A DNA stretch of 64,000 bases from Blastocystis sp. Blastoise (taxonomy: Eukaryota > Protista > Bigyra: Opalinata), in assembly GCA_039096225.1 (NCBI GenBank), contig JBBPEB010000015.1, positions 434,001 through 498,000 on the forward strand, written 5' to 3'. The first letter of the stretch is position 1. The number at the start of each line of letters is the position of its first letter. Positions 15,250 through 37,144 of this stretch are shown piece after piece. Both the position numbers and the translations under genes were made by a program. Under the pieces are notes generated by a model. The model was not told where the DNA came from. It did not search any database and saw only the letters and a program-made list of their open reading frames with translations.

Positions 15250-16918
15250 ATGAATGGTAATTCAAAAGAATTTGCATCGGTATCTGATTATTCAATTTCT
15301 GTTCTAAAATATAGATTGCTTCTCTTGTTATAAGATATGTGAAGACTGACGAGTCATCATTGGATGCTAAGAAGATCGCCAAAGAGATCGAGAATCGTAC
15401 ATGGTATCAACTCTATTTTCATTTCTCTTCTTTTATTATATTCTGTTTTGTATATAAAGTTACCAAGGTCTAAAATCTGATTTCAAGAGTAAAAATATCT
15501 TCGATCCAAATGACCAAGTTATAAATGTATCAATTTTTTTAAAGTTTTCTTTTAAATAATTATTATATTTTCAATATCATATTTAATTATTTATTACAGT
15601 TAGAAGAGATATCCAAAAAGAAACTTAGAATCACACCAGGTATTGAAATTATTGTTTTTATTTTATAATAATAAATTCTAGATCTTCATTGTTCAGAAGT
15701 ACCTTTATGGACAGATCCAACTAGTGATGATTCAACGATTGTTTATTGTGAAAAAATCATGTTATGTCGTACACGTATATATTTTTTTAATTTTCTTATA
15801 TATATATATATATTATTCTTGAAATAGAACGAAATGATCGTGGAAATGCATATGTTTCTAAACCTAATAATGTGAATCATTTTCTTTGGGAATGGATTGT
15901 TATGAAGTATATACTGATAGTTAATTATTTTTTTTCTTATATATATATATATTTTATGATTTCTTTTTTCTAAAATATAATTCTATATAATTATTTTTTA
16001 ACTTTTTTTTCTTATTTTTTTTTCTTATTTTTCAACTCTAACTACTATAATATAATATATATTAGGCAAATTTTACGTGATTTATATTATCTTTATTCCT
16101 ATATACAACCCTTTTGTACAAGTGATACTTGTAAAACTATGGGAGCTAAGCCAAAATATACTTATTTATGTGCATGCCATACGTTCCCTAAAGAAGTATA
16201 TACTATAATGTAATATATATATATATATATATTGAGTATTTAGTATATTATATAAATGATTCTATTTATTCTTATGTATAGTGTTGTGCCATCGATTATT
16301 TTTCTCATAATTTATTAGCGGCCAACACAGATATATATCAATCTAAATCACTACCTCCTTAGTATTTAATCATTTACATTATATTATTTTATTATTTATA
16401 TTATTTATATTATTTATATTATTTATATTATATTATATTATATTATATTATATTATATTATATTATATTATATTATATTATATTATATTATATTATATTA
16501 TATTATATTATATTATATTATTATTTATTATAGTGGTAGTTACAGTTCAAAATCAGAGAAGAAGTTAGGTGATTTATTAAGACGATTATATCGATTATAT
16601 ATACATAGTATCAGTTATCATGAAGATCAATTTTTAGATTATGAAGTATTCCTTTTTTAGTTACTATTAATATATTATTATTATGTTAGTTACTATAAAT
16701 ATATATTATTATTGTACATAATTTCTACATTTTTTTTTTAATTACTTTTTTTTTATCAAAATATTATACTTTTATTCTTCTATTCTCCATTATATATATC
16801 TATTTAGAAACGATATCATGGATTTGAACATTTTCATGCATATATTGACACATTCGGTCTTGTAACGAAAGATAAACTACAACCTTACGTTTCTTATCAA
16901 GATATTCCTTCAGAATAA
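15250..16918 (+). CDS. MOB4: MOB4/phocein (Mob family), 9 exons
   Basis: Spliced product contains FCTSDTCKTM..YLCACHTFPKECCAIDYFSH...LRRLYRLYIH...HEDQFLDYE, matching phocein CHPDTCTQM..FLCAAHKTPKECPAIDY...RRIYRIFSH. The ORF track misses it. Confidence 0.9.
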
Positions 16919-17720
16919 TTATTATCACTATAATTACTATTATAATGATATCTCTTTTTATATATATAACACATGCTATATATATATCTATATATTACTA
17001 ACTTGGTAATATATCTCTGTCACCCTTTTTTCTCATTTTCTTTTCATAGTTACTTATTTTAAGATATTCTTTATATATGATTTTTTTTTATTTTTAATTT
17101 CACTTCCTATTCATATCATTACTGTAATTCTTTTTTATCATTTTTTTTTACTTGCTTCATAATCCTCTTCATTTTCTAAGCTAAACTATATATTTTTATC
17201 TTTAAAATATTAATAATCAATATCACATTTTGTCTAAGTATTTGATCGCTTTTATTCAAGAATACTCGGACTCTATAACCATGTTTTTCTTTCTTAATGT
17301 CCAGAACACCAATTATAATAAATATTTATTATCTGTTGTGCATTCTTTATCACAGCAATATGTTTTAACATATCATTTTTGTACTATTCAAACTAATTCG
17401 TCATGATACTTGGCTTTTTAAGAAAAGCTCGAAATTCATAATGACGAATACCATGATTTAAAGATAACCTCTCTCATAAATTGATCAAAATGTAAGAAAT
17501 AGTAGTCAGACTAAATCAGTAAAAATGACATTCTTTTTCCTTTTTCTAGCAAATTGCTGTCAATCTCAAAAAATACAATTTTTATTTTATACTGCTTATA
17601 TACTATAAAACCATGATTATTTAAAAGAAACAAAGAAATGTTCTTCATTGGATTTCTTAAAGAATCAAAAAGAAACTATTCGTAAGATGCATATATATTT
17701 TTTTATACATAAACTGAACA

Positions 17721-18201
17721 ATGATTGTTGCTGCATATATTTTAATTGGACTTATCTTCATTCTCGTCATTCTCTGTATTGTCGTCATGACACAATCAGA
17801 AGAAAAAGACGACTATAAAAGTGTATGGCATCTATGCTTACTTTTAACTATATTGTATTATATTATATATATATATATATATATATAGGATGATGAGGAA
17901 GTACACTTATTACAAAAGTATATTTAATATATTATTTGATTTTTTAAATCACTTTTTCTAGGAATTCAAATACAACTCCTACCGATATGAAACCTGTACG
18001 AAAATCAAAGCCTGTAAAACCTGTATTCAAAGAAACACCCAAAACTGAAGAAACTCAGTCACTTGTTATTGATATGGAAAAACAAGATGTAGATAATCTT
18101 GTTGTCAAAGTAACTCCTAAACCTGTTGTAGTTCCTAAACATATACAAACTCCAAACAGTACACAGACATCTCCTGAAGTCACTCAAGACCCCACTAAAG
18201 T

Positions 18202-18247
<46 letters not shown>

Positions 18248-18431
18248 TGACTTGTTTTTTTTTTATAAAAGTTTTCTTATCGTTAAAAACTATTTATATA
18301 TTTTTTTTTAAATTCTTATTTCATGCACATAATTATTTGATCATCTATTATAGCCTGAAAATGTCTTCTATAAAAACCCAGATATGAATATCAATGATTT
18401 ATTACAAGATATCAATTCTGATGAAGAATAA
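17721..18431 (+). CDS. Small single-pass membrane protein, 4 exons
   Basis: An N-terminal hydrophobic helix MIVAAYILIGLIFILVILCIVVM is followed by a K/P/T/V-rich tail. Exons join in frame to TAA at 18429-18431. Confidence 0.65.
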
Positions 18432-18857
18432 ATTTTCTTTTTTCTTATTTGATTAGAATTATTATTTTCCAAGTCAATTTTATATAACGTCTTTATAACT
18501 AAATTTATTTTTCTACTCTTTATATAATATATATATATAATTAAACACTTATTTTATATGTTTTGATAATCATCAATGAATATTTATTATTATTTTATAT
18601 CTCAATTCATTTTATCTATTCTTATGTTCGATTTTCTCGTGATATCATAGAGATCTATGAAAAACTCCTTCATTATCCATGTTTTGCTGTTCATTTTAAG
18701 AATTATTATTTATGTCATTTGTTTAACGTTTTTTTTTTTAATTTATAACTATTAGCAACTACATATAATAATGCATATTTTTAAACACCATCTTATTCCA
18801 ACTAAATAGAAAATAGCACAGTATTTAAAGATTATCACTAGTAGGCACGTTTTTCGC

Positions 18858-18946
18858 GTTAGATATATTTTTGGGTCACGTTAGATAACGAAAACGCACC
18901 AAAGCGTTCTCGCCTTTTTTTTAGACATACTTTTAAAATTTAGACA
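18858..18946 (+). repeat. Left subterminal repeats of the CACTA element
   Basis: TTAGATA/TTAGACA at 18859, 18881, 18921 and 18940. Confidence 0.75.
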
Positions 18947-19688
18947 GACTTCTGGTTTTTTAAGAAAGGATAAAATTTGAAAAATTAGAAATGAATTATG
19001 AATTCATATATATATATTTTTAAATTTGTTGTTTATATGAACAAATTAGAACTGATTACAGTTATTATAGATGTTTCTAAGCAGTGTTCATAATGTGTTA
19101 GTATTTATTTATAAAATTTATCATAGTGTTTTACATCATTCTTATAGGTTTTCGATTCTGGATATCCTCTTCCTTTCAGACATTCTCCTTGACTAGTTTT
19201 AGAAAGGTCCATAACAGAGACTTGTGGGTTTATTTATTATAAGGTATTTTATTACATTTCTTTTTTTATTCTCTTAGATTTCTTGGTTATTCTCGTCAGT
19301 ACTTCTTCTAAACAACAAGTCAAGACAATATAGAGCGTATATAAATATATCTATTTATTTTTTTATTGCATTGGCAATATTTTCTCTTTTTTCTCTTTTC
19401 CTATCAAAATTATTCATTTGATTTTTATTTACCCTATTCATATTTTATATATATTTTCAATTTATATATTATATAGAAAAGTTATTTCTTACTCCATTCT
19501 TGAATCTTGTGGTTTCTCTGATATTTTCAAATACCAAATACGATATCAGTTGTAAAATAGTTTGTATATATATATATGTTTATTTATTTGTATTTAATTA
19601 TTTATTTTTATCTATTTAATTATATTATTAATATAAGAATTTATTTATTTGTTTAAGTATATATAACATTTATATATTATATATATAG

Positions 19689-19921
19689 ATGAGAAATGAG
19701 TTGGTATTCGTGATTATAATATTCATTATACAGATAATTTTATTACAAAACAACCTTCAAATTATCAAAAGTATATATATGTTTATTATTATTATATTTT
19801 TTTATATAGATATATATATTCAAATTTATTCAAAAGTAGATAGAGTAGAAACAGTATGTGATAAAGTGAATGATTATGCTGATAATAATATTCGAATTTT
19901 TGTTGCTACTTCTCGTATATT

Positions 19922-19952
<31 letters not shown>

Positions 19953-20378
19953 TTATATCTTCTAGTCCTACTTATTTTCCTTTAACAGATGTAAAAGGAG
20001 GATATGCATTAAGTCCAATAGAAGAATATATTGGTAAGAAATGTTGGTTTACTATGAAAACAAATCTATTCTTCTTGTATATTATTATTTTATATTTATA
20101 TAATATTATTATTATATATATAGATATGAGAATAGAACAGATCAATTTATAGATTTTGAAACGAATAATGGATTATGGGTTTTTATTAATAAACATTTAT
20201 TCTTAGATTATGGAGGGTATTTATATTATATATATTATTATTATTATTTATATAGTTATAATTCTCCAGTTGGTTCTCATATTAATATAACGAATTATGC
20301 AGATAAATTAGGTCTTATTCCTGGAATCACCTATTCTATATCTATATTCTTTGCTTCTAGAACATGTAGATCAATCAA
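19689..20378 (+). pseudogene. PA14/fibro-slime domain fragment inside the CACTA element
   Basis: Spliced reading VGIRDY...WFTMKTNLFFLYE...DFETNNGLWVFINKHLFLDYGGYNSP...LGLIPGITYSISIFFASR matches the fibro-slime pattern IRDF...F.GDDDVWVFIN.KL.VDLGG.H...LGL..G.TY.F.FFY.ER. There is an in-frame TGA at 19697. Confidence 0.75.
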
Positions 20379-20541
20379 GTATATATATGTTTATATATTA
20401 TTATATATTATAATCTTTATTATTATACGTTTAATTATAATTATATTTTAGTTTATTAGTATATATACAAAAACTATAAGAGTATTAGTTTCTATATCTA
20501 TATCTATTCATTGATATATATATATATATATATATGTTTAG

Positions 20542-21568
20542 AATATGAGATACAACTTGTTTTATGATTAGAATTATATGTAAGAATAGCTATTGAACTT
20601 ATTTCAATTGATATAAATATGTGAAGATTTATAGATAATAGAATATTCAAGTAAATATATATATTATTATTATAATTATCTTTTAGTTTATTATTATATT
20701 AATTATCAATCTATAGATTGAAGCTATTTTGTTACCTGATGTATCATTTCTTTTCGTCATTTATTCGTACAATATACATTCGAAATAACAACTTACTTAT
20801 TACTATAAGAATAAAAAGTATATTATTTATATTATATATATATATATGGTATTTATATGATAACATATTTTTTAATCCTTTGTTTCTAATTAATATTATG
20901 CACTTATATATAATAATGATAATAGGTTTTATATAAATACTTATTTATAGTTTCGATGTACATCCAGATATATAGAAGATTCTAGATATTTCATCATGTG
21001 ATCATCTCGTGACTCCCTCAATCTCCACTTTAACGGACACTATTCTCTGTATGTACCTCAAGTTATATGTTGAGGTATATAGAGATAAACTACATTATTA
21101 TTAATATTATTACTCTTTATATAAATCTATAGAGGCTTCTTTATATGAATATATAACTGTATTACAATCATTATGGGCAGATGTTAACCTTGGAAAAGAT
21201 GTATATATATATATATATATATTAAATATGTTATTACTGTTATTACATATATAGTTTGAATACTTATTTTCTATGTATAAATTAAGCATATATATATATA
21301 TATATAGTTACTTCTCTTCCTTCACTTGAAACTATTTGTAATGAAAGGTGTATACATATATATATATTATGGTGTATTTATTATTATTATATATATAGTT
21401 ATTAAAATTTTTTACCAAGTGATTTTCCCCGCCAAATTGATGTTGATGAATATATTAATACACTGAAATTTGCTGAAAAACGAAAAATGTAATTATTATT
21501 AGTTTTTATTATGATTTATTTATATATATATAGTTATCAAGATCCTTATGATTATCAAAAATTATATA

Positions 21569-21607
<39 letters not shown>

Positions 21608-22160
21608 ATGAGATCAAATATTTAAAATAGAATTGATGTATATAATAATTTTATATATATATATATATATATGGAATAACTAATTTAACTACATTATTTC
21701 ATGATCTTCAAACGATAAAGAAATCTGCTATTTATAAATCACTTGTTCAATACATACGAGACAGAGATATATTAGATGTGTTATTCCAACAGTGTTTAAA
21801 TACACAAACGTTACGATTGTCTCTCTTTCTTCTTCAACATATATGTACTGTTATCCTTGTATTTACTTATTATTATTATATTCTTTATTATTATTATATA
21901 TATACATATTCTTATTCTTATATATATAGTTAACAAATAAGGATATTGATATATTTTATGAGGCTGTTCATAATAACCGTATATATGAATCCATTCAAGC
22001 AACTACCATTATATGTCAACTACTCCCTCTCTTCCCTAATCAACGTATATATATATAGAATTATACTTATTATTATATATAGAACGTGAATATTTACAAA
22101 GTTTATTATTGAATACATGTGATAATATATGTACAGTACAAGTATATATATATATATACT

Positions 22161-22193
<33 letters not shown>

Positions 22194-23339
22194 ATACTTA
22201 TACATATATATAAATACTTATATTCATATTATATATAGAGTATTAAGGTATAAGTAAATTGCTAGTATTATATTTAAATGACATCCCTGAATCACAACCT
22301 ATTCCTGATTCTATTCGAAATTCTATTAAAACAGTTGGTGAGTATATTTTCCGTTAAGGATGTATTTGTACTCCCGAATCAAATGAAGAAAAGCACGTGA
22401 TATTCCATTGATTCCACTTTATAAATCAGATAGCTTTGTATATATATATATATATATATTATTATTATTATTATATATTATCATAGACTTCTTAACAACA
22501 TGGTTTAAGAATGCAATATATTTAAATGATGGTTATAAATCATTCTTCAATTTATTATATACTTTTGAACCTTCTCTGAAATCCATTTTAATTTATATAC
22601 TTTATTATCTCGTTTTTTACTATAATATTATATCATATTATTATATATAATACAAAGAAGAGAAATAATATTAGTAAGTCTATATATATATAAATATGAA
22701 TTGAATTCTATTCCTCAAGATATTATGTATACCTTATTAACAAGAATAGCAGAGATTATTCAAATAACTCATTGTCCTTCTTCTTATATACTTCCTAAAT
22801 TACATACATTAAAGAAGATAAATAGTCATTCTATTTCCTTTAATATGAGTCATAATAGTCTAGAAGAAGTGCATATAAAGATATAGAAAATGATTTAATG
22901 GATGATAATGATATGGAAGTACCTGAAGAAGAAGAAATAGGATTAATGAATACTTATGAAGAGAAAGAAAGAGGAGAAGGGGAAGAAAAACCTACTGGAG
23001 AACTGATTTATGGATTAAGTTATATACTGAATACTGTTGAAATTGAAGGTGAAGAAGAAACAGGAAAGAAGAAAGAAAAAGAAATGATAGATATATTTAC
23101 TTATATAGGAAAGCGAGAAGAAGAAAATGATCATTGTATGTTTGTTATGTTTATTATATTTATTTTATATATTATTATTATACTTCTTCTTATTATTAAT
23201 ATTCTGTATAATATATAGCTATTGATGTGCAATATGTATATTCTCTTCTTCGTAATCAACTGAAAGCCACGAATAAAGAAGATAGATATGATATGAAGAC
23301 ACTAGGTGAATTTGTATATATTATTATTATTATTATTAC

Positions 23340-23396
<57 letters not shown>

Positions 23397-23895
23397 CAAT
23401 CTATAGATATGTGAATCTTTCTTCATCTACTTATATGGTCTTCTTATAAAATATTTTATTAGATATACTTAATTATTCCCGTGGTTATATACTACTTTCC
23501 TCTTATCTTCTCCTTCATCATCCCTCCTTACAGTGGCTTGTTGTCTTTATAAATCAATAATCGCGGGAAATACTTATTCTCAAGAATATTTTAATTATGT
23601 ATATATATATTCACTTTATATAACTTTTGATGTAGCATATTATATATTATTTACTATTTTATATTTGTTATTAATTATATAATATATATATATATATATA
23701 GATAGATATTAGACATACTACAAACAAGGCTTATTATATACTTATGAACTACAGATACATCAATATATATACTGCTACATACCTCCTATAATACCAGCGT
23801 TTTATATCCCTCATTGAAAACCATAATTATCAAAACATTATTATATGTCTTACTGATAGATAATGCGCTTTGTATATTGTAGATGATGAAAAATG
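20542..23895 (+). pseudogene. Decayed multi-exon gene fragment(s) of unknown helical protein(s) inside the CACTA element
   Basis: A series of GT-AG-bounded exons has protein-like translation (e.g. FLPSDFPRQIDVDEYINTLKFAEKRK, IYKSLVQYIRDRDILDVLFQQCL). It is broken by in-frame stops at 20973, 21403, 22355, 22409 and 23470 and by frameshifts. Confidence 0.7.
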
Positions 23896-24731
23896 TCATA
23901 TATATATATATACTAAATTATAGATATTTTTATAATTAATTTATATAGGATAAAGAAAGAAGTCATATACATATATATATTTTTATTGTCTATTAACTTT
24001 TATATATGTCTTCTATTATGTTATATTTAATTATATATTATTCATTTTGTTTTGTAAATATTATAGAATGAGATTATTGTAAAGAATTCTTTTCGAATAA
24101 TAGTAAAATGGAATACGTATTAATCCTGTTTATATTTTTATTAGATTTTATTATTTTATGTTGATAACAACTTGCAAACCTTCTCAATTCATTCACTTAC
24201 TTGTAATATCAACAATCCATTAAAATAAAATATATTATAATAAAAATGTTTGTAAAATGTGAATTATGACTTTCTAAACAACTATGTCAAATATATATTT
24301 TTATTCTCTATGATATTTATATTATGAATCAAATACTATTATATATATATTGCTCACAAATATTTTAAATTGAAATTACTTTCTGTTAAAAATAACAATT
24401 TTTTGTTCTTTTAAGTCTAGAAACATGTTGTAATGAAGTAATCTAGCTTAATACGTATAAAATACATTTATAACTCAATTTAGCATTCAAATAGACGTTT
24501 TAGTAGAAAAAAGGAGAATTTTAGAGAATTGATAACCCCTGGAAATAAAGAAATTTATAGAGACTTTTATTATAGAAAAAAAAGATTTTCTGTATTTTTA
24601 GGGCCATGTATGTATTTTTAAAATAAATTCTAAAAAATTTCATATTTATTTTTATTTTTAATTGATTCGCAACTATTTTATATAGTTTTTAAAATGTATA
24701 CTATATAATTTATTTATTTTATATCATATAG

Positions 24732-25230
24732 GCTTACGGGTCCGTCGAAATAGCTTCAAATAGGTCCTGATTATTCTTCATATTTTAAAGTTAACTCATG
24801 AGTTGTGTGGTTTAGGTGATCCGAAATCCGGTGCTATAAAAGGTATATTTTTTTACATTGTTGTAGTTTTTTTATTAATATTATCTTCTATAGGTTCAGA
24901 TGTTGTAGGAGGTCTCCCTAGTCGACAACTTCATGGTTCTAAAGGTATTTAATTATATTAATATTTTTTGAAATTAACTATTTTTTATTTTTATATAGGT
25001 TCTAGGTTTTCTCAGTGGTTCCGATTGGTCAACAATTTCTTGATGGTTGAAGGTATATTATTATATTATATATATTTGTTTACATCTATTTTTATAGTTG
25101 TGGTTTTTCTTCATGGAGTCGCTTTAGAAGTTTTATTACAAGGTATATATTTATTTATTATCTATATTATTATTATTTCTATTATTTTTATATGTATAGT
25201 CATCAAAATGGTTCCCAACTTAGTTAAAAC
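24732..25230 (+). other. Cluster of short spliced exons near the right end of the element (non-coding or decayed small ORF)
   Basis: Exons of 111, 51, 54 and 45 nt each end AAG|GTAT and are preceded by ATAG. One frame is open across exons 2-5, with a TAG in exon 1. Confidence 0.55.
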
Positions 25231-25559
25231 AAACAAAATAATTATTATTTTTCTTATTTTTTTTTATTTTTCTTATTGTTTTAATTATTATATTATTATT
25301 TATTGTCTTTTGTTAATATAATTTTAATTATCATTCACACAACGATTAAATAAATAAATAAGACAGGTTTTATCCAACAAATAGCACCCAAATTCTATCT
25401 TAAAAATACATGATAATGTGTTTAAAATGTGTATTAGAGAAAAATATAGATACCTTTAGAGCAGATAAAATACAAATAGACATATATTTGCCTTGTGTTA
25501 GAAAAGAAAAACACCAAAAACTGCTCTTAAAAAAAAAGATGCCAGCTGGGTCAAACGTG

Positions 25560-25656
25560 TTAGATAACTTCCTGGCATATGGTTAGAGAAGATTTTTTGT
25601 CGTTAGATAAGAAAATAGCCCATTTTTTAGATAAGGTTTTGGTTACCCAATAGATA
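25560..25656 (+). repeat. Right subterminal repeats of the CACTA element
   Basis: TTAGATA-like motif at 25560, 25583, 25603, 25627 and 25650, spaced 20-24 bp. Confidence 0.75.
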
Positions 25657-25849
25657 GATTTTTTTACTAAAAAACAAAATGCCTACTAGTGTATTTAAAG
25701 TATCTTCACTTAATACTTAAAAAAATTTTGTACTGGATTCTTTTGGAAAATCACGGGGAACACTAAAACAAATGTAGGCAAAAACAATTTTTTTAATTGA
25801 GTCTTATTCAAAACTAGTTGCTATTGTAGTTATATAACAATTATATACA

Positions 25850-34902
<9,053 letters not shown>

Positions 34903-36443
34903 TCATTATTTCTATATTTTAGTTATAAGAATTGTTTATATATTCAATTCTTTTCTAAAACTATCAATTCTTTTGTTATATATTTAATACTTTTTCTATT
35001 AATTTTCTATATTTTCAATTCGTCTATATAAATTTTTTTAGGCGTTCAATTGGCTTATATATTTGTTTTTATGGTTTTATTTATGCATTTATTATACATA
35101 TATATTAAATATTCAATTCATTTATATATGCAATTCTTTTATATACATCTCATTCATTTTATATTCTACTCAGCTGTAAGCTACATAAATATATAAATAT
35201 ATTATTTTATTCATAATCTTGATATATATTTATATATTCTTAATGATTTGCGTATTTTAAAAATATTTGCGTGTTGTTTTTGTATATATTCTTTTTTTTT
35301 ATATATACTTTTTAACGCTACATTAGTTTAAAACTCTATTTTATTTTGTTCTTTTACAATTTTTTTTTCTAATTTTTATACAGTTTATTATTAATTAATT
35401 CTCTTTTTTTTTCTTTTATTCTTTCTAATCATTTATTTACACTAATATTTTAACCAGTAATCAAATTACTTTTGTTTATATTTTATTTCATATATACATA
35501 TATTATTTAATACTTTTTATTTATTTAGTTTTATAGTTATTACAACAAAAGTGCTCTATTCAAAACGCTACATATTTTATTTCTCATTATTCAATTATTT
35601 TATGTTTTATAATTGGTATAATCTTCATTATATATCCTTCTTTTGTTTTAATATAGATATATCTTAAATTTTATTTATTTTTTAATTCTAATAGGCCTAA
35701 ATCTCTTCGTATATCTCAGTTTGTTTGTGATTTTGTTTTTTCTTTCTTATTTAATGAATTTAGTTTTGTTATTATTGATTTGGATTATGAATAATAATAC
35801 TTAATCACAACAGTCGACATTTTCTTTTGTGAAACTCATAAATTACTCAACTTTTTAGCTTAAAAAATGTCACCGTGTTCTCCCTGTTCTCTATATGTTT
35901 CATTTATGATCTATATATCAAAAAAGACTCATTTAAATAAAAAAAACAAATACATTGTCAACAATAAGTGTGTAATTGTCTAAATAAGTTCTTATCATCA
36001 TTTGTCAATTACGTGTATACATGAAACCAATATATTTACTAGAGGTTAGATGAGAACCCGTCGATAGTAATAAAAACTTAAATTACTAAAAAAAAGATTA
36101 AAAAAATCATAATTAAAGTTATAAATTACAGTCAAAATGTATATTTTTTCAATTGTACAATATACTTTATAAGGTAGGTTTCCTAGCTTATACTAGAATT
36201 TTTGTTTCCAAAATTTCTAACAATAAAAAAAGAATTCTTTTCCCTGGGCATTTGGACGCAATACCATCCCTACAGAGACAACTTTGAATTTCTTTCATTT
36301 TCAAGATACAGTTCGCTTTGGGTTTTCTTTCAAGTTTTAGTAAATAGTTAAATAAAAAATAGATCAATTATATTTTATATTCAAATATTATTGTATGTTT
36401 TCTCTCTATTCCTTAAGTATATAAGTTGAAGAAGTTTGCCAAT

Positions 36444-37107
36444 ATGAGTATACAATTTAACGAAGAGCATCTTGAGTTTTTGGATTCATTGTCGAAACCT
36501 GTCACAATGTATCAATTACGAGAAGATACGATCGAGAATAAAAAGATAATATGCCCTGAATTCTTAGAAACTTGTTTACAGTATTTACATTAGTTTTTTA
36601 AAGTTTATTTATATAGGATTCTAGAAAAGGAGGTCACATCCGATGAGATCTCTGGTCCTGACTATAAAAATGGTAAGCCTGGAATATATACTTATAAAAT
36701 GAATGGTTTAATCGTTGATAATCCACATAATTATAATTTATACGCTGTCCAATGGAATGCTGCTTGCGTTTTTCATGATTATAAAGCAGAAAGTCTTCGA
36801 GAATTATTAACAAAAGAAATAATCCGTCGCTTATTTGGTATTTTCTATTTGGATTTCCAATCTAATAAGTATTTACTTTTTATCTCTCCTTTTATATATA
36901 TATATATTATATTCATTTTATTCATTTCATATAAAGAGTATACGATAATGCTTCGAAATCTCTTGATGGATGTTTAGTGGCAAACCGTTCGCTTGTTACT
37001 GATGAGCTTTATGATAACGCTAAGTTGATGAATGCTCTTGTGAACAATATTCATAGACTTGGTGTTTTGGATCTCCTAAAGAATTTTATTTATAGTTGTT
37101 TTGATCG

Positions 37108-37144
<37 letters not shown>

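Larger units (their letters stand above)
18836..25691. mobile_element. Non-autonomous CACTA (EnSpm/CMC) DNA transposon carrying captured gene fragments
   Basis: The left end CACTAGTAGGCA (18836-18847) and right end TGCCTACTAGTG (25680-25691) form a perfect 12-bp inverted repeat. TAT flanks both sides (18833-18835, 25692-25694) as a 3-bp TSD. Subterminal TTAGAYA repeats occur at both ends. No transposase motif was recognised. Confidence 0.9.

Noticed and set aside
16646-16807. MOB4 last intron GTATTCCTTT as U12-type
   Set aside because: The donor mismatches at +5 and there is no CTTAAY branch near the acceptor.
17396-17449. 9-bp inverted repeat ATTCGTCAT/ATGACGAAT as a snoRNA or MITE
   Set aside because: There are no C/D or H/ACA boxes and no TSD. 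Such a repeat is expected by chance at this length.
21134-21200. YITVLQSLWADV as a remnant of CACTA transposase (LIDELKxLW)
   Set aside because: Flanking Tnp2 motifs (DGF, WP, YNLPP, IPGP) are absent, so the similarity is too weak.
19689-23895. Stop-codon reassignment to explain the in-frame stops
   Set aside because: All three stop types and frameshifts occur, and intact neighbouring genes use TAA/TAG as terminators. Decay is the simpler explanation.
18822-25700. 9-bp TATTTAAAG on both sides of the element as a Mutator-type TSD
   Set aside because: The left copy is 5 nt away from the TIR. The abutting 3-bp TAT fits CACTA termini exactly.
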